NCBI GenBank assembly: GCA_965248265.1
Contig: CBDFJF010000001.1
Coordinates: forward strand, 1,792,001-1,856,000
Direction of reading: 5' to 3'
Length of the DNA stretch: 64,000 bases
From: Candidatus Latescibacterota bacterium
GTDB lineage: Bacteria; Latescibacterota; UBA2968; UBA8231
Within the stretch, counting starts at the first letter, position 1. Every line of letters starts with the position of its first letter. The notes below the pieces were generated by a model. It worked only from the letters and a program-made list of their open reading frames with translations, was not told where the DNA came from and made no database searches. This document shows, one piece after another, positions 20,689 to 28,153 of this stretch. Made by a program: the position numbers and the translations under genes.

Positions 20689-21099
20689 CTATCCCCTGCC
20701 CCTATCGGGCTCTGTGGCGATTACCTGATCGACGATGCCTACCTGTCGTGCGATGTCCATGATCTGGACAATCTGCCCATGAGTGGCACGCTCGTCGCCC
20801 TGAATGATGATCAGGGTGGTGTTGTCCAATATGCCCCTTTTGTATTCCAACTCTTCCTTCAGGTTGGCAAAGGTGACCGTCTTGTGGTTCAGCTTCATGT
20901 TGCCGTCCTGGTCGACGACGATGAAGAGGTTCTCCTTGTCCGGAGCCTGGGCCTCTTCGGCCTCAGGAAGCTTGATGTCCAATCCGGGCGTAATAGCGAA
21001 AACCGCCGTCACCATGAAGAAAATCAGGAGCTGGAAAACAACGTCGATCATCGGTGTGAGATCGGGTCGCTCGTCCGGCTTCGCTTTCTGACGTTGCAT
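20689..21099 (-). CDS. exbD: ExbD/TolR family biopolymer transport protein
   Basis: DLTPMIDVVFQLLIFFMVT with the conserved Asp, IKLPEA, IQGDE...HGQIVQIMD. Confidence 0.92.
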   Translation of the reverse strand: MQRQKAKPDERPDLTPMIDVVFQLLIFFMVTAVFAITPGLDIKLPEAEEAQAPDKENLFIVVDQDGNMKLNHKTVTFANLKEELEYKRGILDNTTLIIIQGDERATHGQIVQIMDIARQVGIVDQVIATEPDRGRG

Positions 21100-21122
21100 A
21101 GCCTTTTATCTCCTGATTTGTC

Positions 21123-21770
21123 CTACTTGGCGGCTTGCCAGCGACGCAGCAACGCGTCCACGAAGCCCTGGCCGTACGGCTCGAACTGGACGGCTTTGCT
21201 CTCGGCGCGGGTCGTGAAGTAGGTGTAGATGGCGAGAGCGGGCACGGCGATCACGAGACCGGTCACGGTCGTGATCAGGGCTTCTGAGATACCGGCGGCG
21301 ACGATAGTCGGTTCACCGAGACCCTTCTCGGCGATGCCTTCAAACGCCGTGATCATGCCGTTCACCGTTCCCAGCAGTCCCAGTAGCACGACGGAGTTGG
21401 CGACGAACTGGACGACCGCTAGATAGCGCCCCAGATAGCCTATGGCGGCGCGCTCTACCGTGCCGTTCATCTCGGTGCGCATTTCCTCCAAATTGCGCTG
21501 CTCCCTGGAGAGGTGCTCGAAACGCTCGATGCCCTCAGCGTATACCTCACCTTCCAGCCTGCCGACCTCGCGACAGTAGTCCTTCAACTGGTCGAACGAG
21601 GTGCCGGAATCTATACGGCCGTTGATATCGGTGGTGACGTCCGCCAGTTCATCTTCACTGCGCATTCGGGCGTAGGTGACGACGCGTTCGAGAAAAAACC
21701 CGAAGGCCATGATCGACCACAGACTCAGGGGCCACATGAACGGGCCACCGTCTCGGAAGAATTCTAACAT
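21123..21770 (-). CDS. exbB: ExbB/TolQ/MotA family proton channel
   Basis: GGPFMWPL, LLGLLGTVNGMITAF, AAGISEALITTVTGL.IAVP. Confidence 0.92.
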   Translation of the reverse strand: MLEFFRDGGPFMWPLSLWSIMAFGFFLERVVTYARMRSEDELADVTTDINGRIDSGTSFDQLKDYCREVGRLEGEVYAEGIERFEHLSREQRNLEEMRTEMNGTVERAAIGYLGRYLAVVQFVANSVVLLGLLGTVNGMITAFEGIAEKGLGEPTIVAAGISEALITTVTGLVIAVPALAIYTYFTTRAESKAVQFEPYGQGFVDALLRRWQAAK

Positions 21771-21850
21771 TGCTCTGTTTTCCTCCCTCTAGGTTGTGAC
21801 ATTCATTTTCACTTCTTCAGATAGCTTCGTTTGGTACTCGTCTAAATCGC

Positions 21851-24800
21851 CTAAATGACTCGAGCCTCCGCCATGACTTCCAACTGCTGCTTGGCGAAGT
21901 CCACCTGTGGCGAAAACCGCGCTTCGCCGCTGTACTGGTCGACTACCTTCTGGAACTCGGCAGCCGCTTTGCGATAATCCTCCAGCGCCATGTAAGCGGC
22001 TCCGATATTCACCGCCGCATTGACCGTCTGGTCGCTGTCGGGATACTTGGTCTGGACTTCCTTGAAAATCCTAATGGCTTCTTCGAAGTCTTTCGCGTCG
22101 AACAGTTTTTCGCCTTCAGCGTAGATATTGTACGCGTCGATTTCTGACAGGTGACCCAACAGGATCGTCGCTTTGCGACGCAAACCCTTGTCTTCCGCCT
22201 TGAGGTCGGCGTCTTGGTACATGGCGAGAAACTGCTCATAGCTTTCCGTCGCCTTGTCGTAAACCTTCTCGCCGTAGTAGTAATCTCCGAGTGTGAATTG
22301 GCTTCTCGCCCCGTAGCGTCCGTCTCGATGTTCGGCTACGATCTGTTCAAAGATCGGCAGGGCGTCTTCCTTTCGATCCAGATGAATGAGTGCCCATGCT
22401 GTATTGTAGAGGGCATCGTCCACGTAATCGGATTTGGGGTAGCTGGCGATAACGGCCTCGTACTTCTTGGTGGCTTCCCTGAAAATCGGGATCTTCTGCT
22501 CGTGTGAGCGTCCGGTCGCTATGTTGAAAACGGCCTCTCCGGCGCGATACAATGACTCAGGCGCGTAATTCGAGCCCGGAAACTGTCTGACCAGTTCTTC
22601 GAACGTCTCGCTCGCTTCGCGCCATTTTCCCATGCGATAACGGGCCCAGGCGTCGTAGTAGTAGGCGTAAACGGCTTGTTCGTCGTCCGGGTACCTTTCG
22701 TAATAGGTCTGAAACGCTTCCGACAGCTTCGGCAGGTAGGCAATGCCGCCACCGCCGGAAAGCTTGTGTAATGATATACCGATCTGGAACTGCGCGTTCT
22801 TCGCCCAGCCGATCTGCGGATAGTCGTCTATGATCTTCTGGTAGGTGGCGATGGCCTGGTCCATGTCGCCAGCGCGGAAATAACTGTTGCCCTGGACGAA
22901 CAGAGCGTTTGAGATGCTCTCAACGTCGACGGCGAGATCCACCAGCCGCTGCGAGGCCTCGATGCTGCGATCGTACTGCCCGAGCCGGAAGTAGGCGCTG
23001 GCAAGACGAACAAGTACGCGCACCTTGTCTTCCTCAGCCTCGACGCGCGTCAACATTCCTTCATACGTGCGGATGGCGTCAGCTGGATCCTGCTTTTCCG
23101 CCATGGAGATGAGCTGCAGCTGAGCGTTCCTGGCGAGCGTTTCGTCGCCCGAATCTATCACCCGGTTGAGCAGCACCGTCGCCTTGGCGTCGTCTCCCTC
23201 AGCGGCATGGGAAAGCGCCATCGCGAACTCGACCTTGAGTCGCATCGCCGCAGCTATATCGGAATCCAGTAACCGCTGGTAGTCCCCAAGCGCGTTGGAG
23301 TAATACCCGGTGTAGTGATAGGCCAGACCACGTTCGTAGACCGCGTCGCGAATCGTCTCGCTTTCTGGGTAATTCTCGATGACCTTGGTGTACCCTCTTA
23401 CCGCGTCGGCGTAATTCTTGTTGTTCAGATCGAGCTTCGCGATTTGGTAATGGGCGGTAGCCTCCAAATCGCGATCGCCTTCCACGTCAACGAGCATCTG
23501 AGTCAACACACCTCTGGCTTGCTCGGGCCTGCCCGCACCGATATGAATGTTGGCAGCCTGCACCAGTGAGTGCACGTAGATCTCGCGTGCCTCCCTGCCC
23601 ACCTTGGAGAATGAATCGACCGCCTCATCCAATTGGCCCTGGTCTTTGTAGAGAATACCGAGCCAGTAATTCGCGTCCGCCGCGTACTGAGTCTCTCCGT
23701 AGTCCGTGGCTACCCGCCGATAGGCGACCAAGGCCTCGTCAACCAGCTTCTGCTCAGAATTGATCTGACCGATACGCAGCAGACACAGGGGAGCTTCGGT
23801 CGAGCGCGGGAAGTTGTCGACAACGTCATCATATAACTCCAAGGCACTATCGAAATCCTCCAATTTCTCTGCAGACTGACCGGCGCTGTAGAGGGAGGCT
23901 GCACGGAGGGCGGTTTCGCTGTCCGGATAGTTGGCGGGGACGAGCCGGTAATCCTCTCTGGCGCGCCCGTAATCACCCTCGAAGTATCGGGTCTCACCCT
24001 TCTGGTACTGAGCGTTTGGAGGGAAAGGCGTGTCGCCGTACAGTTCGATTACCTGGTTGTAGGCCGCCCACGCGTCGTCGAAACGCTTCCACGCCAGGAA
24101 GTTATCCCCCATGCGCATCTGCACCTTGGCCTTGGAGAACCGCTCCTCCGCTGTTTCCTGTGCAACGATCAGTTCCTCGTAGGCTTCCTGGTACTTCTCC
24201 TGGCCTCGATAGATCTCCGCGACACGCAGCGACGAAGTTTCGAACAATTGCATATAGCGATCGAAATCGACGTTCTTGCCCTCACGCAGTGACCCCTGAA
24301 GCAGCGACCACATGTGCTCGTAGAGATCTCGCACTTCCCGGTACATACCGATGGCATCTTGGCTGCGGCCCATCCGATCGTAAGCTTGTGCCTTGAGGTA
24401 GGTCGCTTCGCCTATGACGAAACTGCCTGGGTGCTGCTCCAACGTGGCCTCTGACTGAGCGACGGCTTTCTCGTACTCGCCTTTCTCGTAGTAGCTGCTG
24501 GCGATCCTGAACTGGGCGTCGGCAGCGTAGCGATCATCCGGGTAGTTCTCGAGGACCACAGAGAGCGATTGTATGGCTTTGTCGTATTGCTGCAGGTTGA
24601 ACTCGCTCCAACCCGCGTAGTACTGAGCCATAGCTGCATCCGACGACGTCGGAAACAAATTGACATAGTGCCGGTATTCGTTCGCAGCCTCCTGGAATTC
24701 CTTTTGTTTGAAACGTGTTTCGCCCACGCGAAGCTGGACGATGGAGCGAAAATCCTCATCCACGATGTCCATGACGGTGACTTTTTTGTATGCCTCTATC

Positions 24801-25093
24801 GCCTTCTCGTGCTGCGAGCTCTCCTTGTAGGCGTCGCCCAGCTTGTACCACGCTGCGGCAACGACGGGAAGCTCCAAGCCACTCTCGAAGTTGATGCGCA
24901 CACTGTCAGTTCGCACCGCCCGGCTGTTAAAACGGACGATCTTCGAGTACTCGATAATAGCGCCTTCATACTCGCCCAAAGCGTAAAGGGACTGCCCGGC
25001 ATCGAAGTTGGTTTTCAATGACTGGGGAACCGGCAAGAACAGGCTGGATCCCAGGCCGATACCCAGGGCGATAAGTCCGATCACGACCGCCAT
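21851..25093 (-). CDS. Large membrane-anchored TPR protein (BamD/CpoB-like repeats)
   Basis: N-terminal hydrophobic anchor followed by many helical repeats of the type A...Y..V...YP.S..A..A.Y..G. Confidence 0.88.
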   Translation of the reverse strand: MAVVIGLIALGIGLGSSLFLPVPQSLKTNFDAGQSLYALGEYEGAIIEYSKIVRFNSRAVRTDSVRINFESGLELPVVAAAWYKLGDAYKESSQHEKAIEAYKKVTVMDIVDEDFRSIVQLRVGETRFKQKEFQEAANEYRHYVNLFPTSSDAAMAQYYAGWSEFNLQQYDKAIQSLSVVLENYPDDRYAADAQFRIASSYYEKGEYEKAVAQSEATLEQHPGSFVIGEATYLKAQAYDRMGRSQDAIGMYREVRDLYEHMWSLLQGSLREGKNVDFDRYMQLFETSSLRVAEIYRGQEKYQEAYEELIVAQETAEERFSKAKVQMRMGDNFLAWKRFDDAWAAYNQVIELYGDTPFPPNAQYQKGETRYFEGDYGRAREDYRLVPANYPDSETALRAASLYSAGQSAEKLEDFDSALELYDDVVDNFPRSTEAPLCLLRIGQINSEQKLVDEALVAYRRVATDYGETQYAADANYWLGILYKDQGQLDEAVDSFSKVGREAREIYVHSLVQAANIHIGAGRPEQARGVLTQMLVDVEGDRDLEATAHYQIAKLDLNNKNYADAVRGYTKVIENYPESETIRDAVYERGLAYHYTGYYSNALGDYQRLLDSDIAAAMRLKVEFAMALSHAAEGDDAKATVLLNRVIDSGDETLARNAQLQLISMAEKQDPADAIRTYEGMLTRVEAEEDKVRVLVRLASAYFRLGQYDRSIEASQRLVDLAVDVESISNALFVQGNSYFRAGDMDQAIATYQKIIDDYPQIGWAKNAQFQIGISLHKLSGGGGIAYLPKLSEAFQTYYERYPDDEQAVYAYYYDAWARYRMGKWREASETFEELVRQFPGSNYAPESLYRAGEAVFNIATGRSHEQKIPIFREATKKYEAVIASYPKSDYVDDALYNTAWALIHLDRKEDALPIFEQIVAEHRDGRYGARSQFTLGDYYYGEKVYDKATESYEQFLAMYQDADLKAEDKGLRRKATILLGHLSEIDAYNIYAEGEKLFDAKDFEEAIRIFKEVQTKYPDSDQTVNAAVNIGAAYMALEDYRKAAAEFQKVVDQYSGEARFSPQVDFAKQQLEVMAEARVI

Positions 25094-25201
25094 ATGCTGA
25101 TCTCCTTGCTCATTCTCCTACGTACTCAACCTAACACCAGATGCCGGGCTCCGAACACCGCTTGTGCCAGCACCGGCACGGCATTCACACGGGCCTCATC
25201 G

Positions 25202-26149
25202 CTAGAACACGTACCCCAATGAGAAGCGGTGCGAACCGTTGGTCTCAGTGAGATCCATCGGAATGTGATATCCGTAATCGAACTGCGTCTTGTTCCACTT
25301 GTAACCGAGGCCGGCGTTGACGTCACCACTGGCTTCGTCTTCGAAGATCTTGCTGCCTCCGGCGCGCAGCATGAAGCCTTCAGCCACCTTGGTCTCGCCA
25401 CCCACCACCAGCCGCTTGTCCACCTCTTCACCGCTCAGATCACGCATCACCCACTGCACGCTCACCATGGAGGCTTCGGCCACACTCGTCGACACGCCGA
25501 TATGCAGGTCCATCGGCACATCGCCGGCATCCGAGCCATCGGTGTTTTTCACACTCCCCTTGGCCACGTTCGGCTGCAGGGCGTTCTTCAGCAACAGACC
25601 GACGCGCGCATCGCGAATCGGGGCCTTCCACAGCAGGCCGATGTCAGCACCGATGGCGCCCTGGCTCTGGTTCGAAAGCGGATCCGGCGCACCCGTCACC
25701 GCGTCGTTGGGAATGTCACCGACACTCCAGAACACGTACTTGGCGGTCAGCCCCACGCTCAGCTTCGAGCTGAACTTGAACCCCAGGGACAGAAAGGCGC
25801 CGTTCTCGCTCAGCAAATCACTGCCGATGCGCTCGTAACCCAGGCCTAAGCTCATCTTGCCGGGACGCGCGTAACTGACCACGTGCTGGCCCAGATTATC
25901 TCCGTCAATGCCCGAGAACAGCAGGGACACGTTGGTGTAGGCCAACTGCGCACCCTTGAGCTGATTTAAGCCCGCCGGGTTGGCGAAGACGGCGTCGGCG
26001 TTGTCCGCCACCGCCACGAAGGCATTGCCCAGCGACGACGCGCGAGCACCCGAACCGATATTCTGGATGTTCACTACCGCATCCGCGGATACAGCCGTCA
26101 GTGCGAGGATCGCGGCACCGGCAACGATGCTATTGATTGCTCTTTTCAT
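25202..26149 (-). CDS. PorV/PorP-like outer-membrane beta-barrel
   Basis: Signal peptide; GSGARASSLGNAFVAVADNADAVFANPAGL (PorV/FadL-like hatch); amphipathic strands; C-terminus DYGY...GSHRFSLGYVF (PorP/SprF-like, terminal Phe). Confidence 0.8.
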   Translation of the reverse strand: MKRAINSIVAGAAILALTAVSADAVVNIQNIGSGARASSLGNAFVAVADNADAVFANPAGLNQLKGAQLAYTNVSLLFSGIDGDNLGQHVVSYARPGKMSLGLGYERIGSDLLSENGAFLSLGFKFSSKLSVGLTAKYVFWSVGDIPNDAVTGAPDPLSNQSQGAIGADIGLLWKAPIRDARVGLLLKNALQPNVAKGSVKNTDGSDAGDVPMDLHIGVSTSVAEASMVSVQWVMRDLSGEEVDKRLVVGGETKVAEGFMLRAGGSKIFEDEASGDVNAGLGYKWNKTQFDYGYHIPMDLTETNGSHRFSLGYVF

Positions 26150-26174
26150 TGGCTTCCTTACCCTCCTCGTGAAC

Positions 26175-26229
26175 GCGGATCAATCGTCGATGCGGATCGC
26201 ATAGTCGATGCGGATCGATATTCGATCCG
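26175..26229. repeat. Intergenic direct repeats plus hairpin upstream of the PorV-like gene
   Basis: GTCGATGCGGATCG at 26186 and 26204, partial GCGGATC at 26175; inverted repeat CGGATCGA-TAT-TCGATCCG at 26211-26229. Confidence 0.8.
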
Positions 26230-26276
26230 ACTGATCAACCCTGCTTAAACTCGCTTGCATCTGAATTCTGAACAGC

Positions 26277-27035
26277 CTAGCGCTCGACTACAATCTCACC
26301 GTTGGCGTATTCCTTGCCGATGTCCCGGACAAACGAATAGGGAATGTCAACATCCTCGACCGGCTCATTGCGGTAGTCGAATCGCAGAACGCAATCCTGT
26401 ACCAGGACCTGGATTTTGCTGACGTCCGGATGCAACGCCTCAAAGACCACGAATCCCTCTACTTCCTGGCCACTGAAGATCTCTTCGTTCTTGAACATGG
26501 TTTGCCTAAGCAAGTCGACGCGAGCCTGGTAACGAGCGTACTCATTACCTCGATAGCCGATCGCATAGGCGCGATAATAGGTATCGAGTTGCTGAAGGTT
26601 CAAACTCCAGTATTCCCTGTCATTTTGCGCCGTCAGGACAATCTTCGCGGGATCGATTCTCACCTTGGGATAGGCGTAGTTCTTGACAGCCAAATGGAAA
26701 ACGGTAAACCGGCTTCGCTTCTTGGCGCCCTCCCAGAATTCCGTGTTGCCGTAGGTGTAAGGATTCGTCGACTTGGGGCCATTCTTTGACTGGGAAGCGA
26801 ACTGCCGGTTGAGTTCCTCATCAGTCAAAGGACGCAGCTTCACCTCGAGACGATCCTGTGTAAACGTCACACTGCCGTCATCGGCCACGGTCATGGCAGT
26901 CCCCTGATCGTCGATCGGCCTCAGAGGGGTGGAGTAGTGGTAATAGCCACATCCGTATGAACCCAAACCCACGGCGAGGGTCACTGCCAGGCGAGTTCCC
27001 CAACGGATCGTGAAATCATTCGCTTTCGTCGCCAT
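26277..27035 (-). CDS. Lipoprotein of unknown function
   Basis: Basic N-region, hydrophobic core, lipobox-like SYGC; clean 252-aa ORF within the co-oriented cluster. Confidence 0.7.
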   Translation of the reverse strand: MATKANDFTIRWGTRLAVTLAVGLGSYGCGYYHYSTPLRPIDDQGTAMTVADDGSVTFTQDRLEVKLRPLTDEELNRQFASQSKNGPKSTNPYTYGNTEFWEGAKKRSRFTVFHLAVKNYAYPKVRIDPAKIVLTAQNDREYWSLNLQQLDTYYRAYAIGYRGNEYARYQARVDLLRQTMFKNEEIFSGQEVEGFVVFEALHPDVSKIQVLVQDCVLRFDYRNEPVEDVDIPYSFVRDIGKEYANGEIVVER

Positions 27036-27141
27036 CGCTCTTGCTAGCTCCTGACTGAACCTGATTCAGTGAATTGTCGGACGCTAATATAGTACTATTG
27101 GACGTCAATATAGTGTATTTGATGGGGCAAAGGAAGCACTT

Positions 27142-28071
27142 TCACTCCCCCGCGAGGGACGCCTTGATTCGGCCCCACGAACGATCCCGCACGGCGGTTG
27201 GATCAAGGTCGGACTCCATGAGTCGCAAGTCCGAGAAACGCTCCGACAGACGGAACGAATTCTGACCTCCGGACAGTGACCACACCGCCTCAAAAATGGC
27301 CGAATGGCGGTCAAAATCGTTGAAATGCACGTTAAACCCCAGCACTTCCCCGGCCGTCAGATCGTGCCCGATGCTCTGAAACTCGGCCCCCACGTCGATC
27401 CGGTCGTAAGGCACGAGCATCATCTCATAATTGGTCGCCGTCAACCCGTTGACATCCTCTTGAAAGCTGTATGCCGCCGCGGAGAACGGTCCGTCGTGCT
27501 GGGAGTACCACTCGGCCGCCGAGAAACCCAGGAAAAAGTCCTGGTCAGGAGGCGGACCGGCAATAACGAAGTGGTTCGCCTCAGTCCCGTTTCTCCTCAG
27601 TTGCTCCGCTGCGGATAAGTCGGAGAAATCAGCGAACTGACCTCCCGAGTGATCGGCGTCGACGAACACTTCCATGTCGTCGTCCTGCCACATCAGGATC
27701 GCGGACCCTGAAGGGCGATCAATCTGGTGTATGTCGTCGAGCACCCGGGCCGCGATGTACAACCGGTTCTGGATATCGCTCCATCCGACCCACAGGCGGA
27801 CCGAAAAATCATTTTCGTCAACTTCTACTTCAGACACCAAGTCCGTAAACTGGGCAGTATCAACGGTGAACGACTCGTCGACTTCGGACCAGTCCGAGAG
27901 GTTTCCATCCACTACCGGGAGCGCACCTCGCGCGAACCCAAAGGCTGGATAGACCGTGCCGACGGGTAGATGAGCGCCGGCGATCCCGGAATACGTCAGG
28001 ACCAATGCCACGGCCGCACACGCGACGAGACCAACCTGATGTGAAAATTCTTTATGCAAAATCCGCCTCAT
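27142..28071 (-). CDS. Exported CBM9/DOMON-like protein with C-terminal SWGRIK tail
   Basis: Signal peptide; PVVDGNLSDW, NRLYIAARVLDD, W.DD.ME.FVDADHSGG, LGFNV.FND.D; ends PTAVRDRSWGRIKASLAGE. Start may be 28110. Confidence 0.72.
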   Translation of the reverse strand: MRRILHKEFSHQVGLVACAAVALVLTYSGIAGAHLPVGTVYPAFGFARGALPVVDGNLSDWSEVDESFTVDTAQFTDLVSEVEVDENDFSVRLWVGWSDIQNRLYIAARVLDDIHQIDRPSGSAILMWQDDDMEVFVDADHSGGQFADFSDLSAAEQLRRNGTEANHFVIAGPPPDQDFFLGFSAAEWYSQHDGPFSAAAYSFQEDVNGLTATNYEMMLVPYDRIDVGAEFQSIGHDLTAGEVLGFNVHFNDFDRHSAIFEAVWSLSGGQNSFRLSERFSDLRLMESDLDPTAVRDRSWGRIKASLAGE

Positions 28072-28153
28072 GTTACGAAAATAATCCCGCTCTGTCAACG
28101 AGCTTGTCATGTAGGTCTAACACTATATTTTTCAATTGCTTACAAAGCACCCG

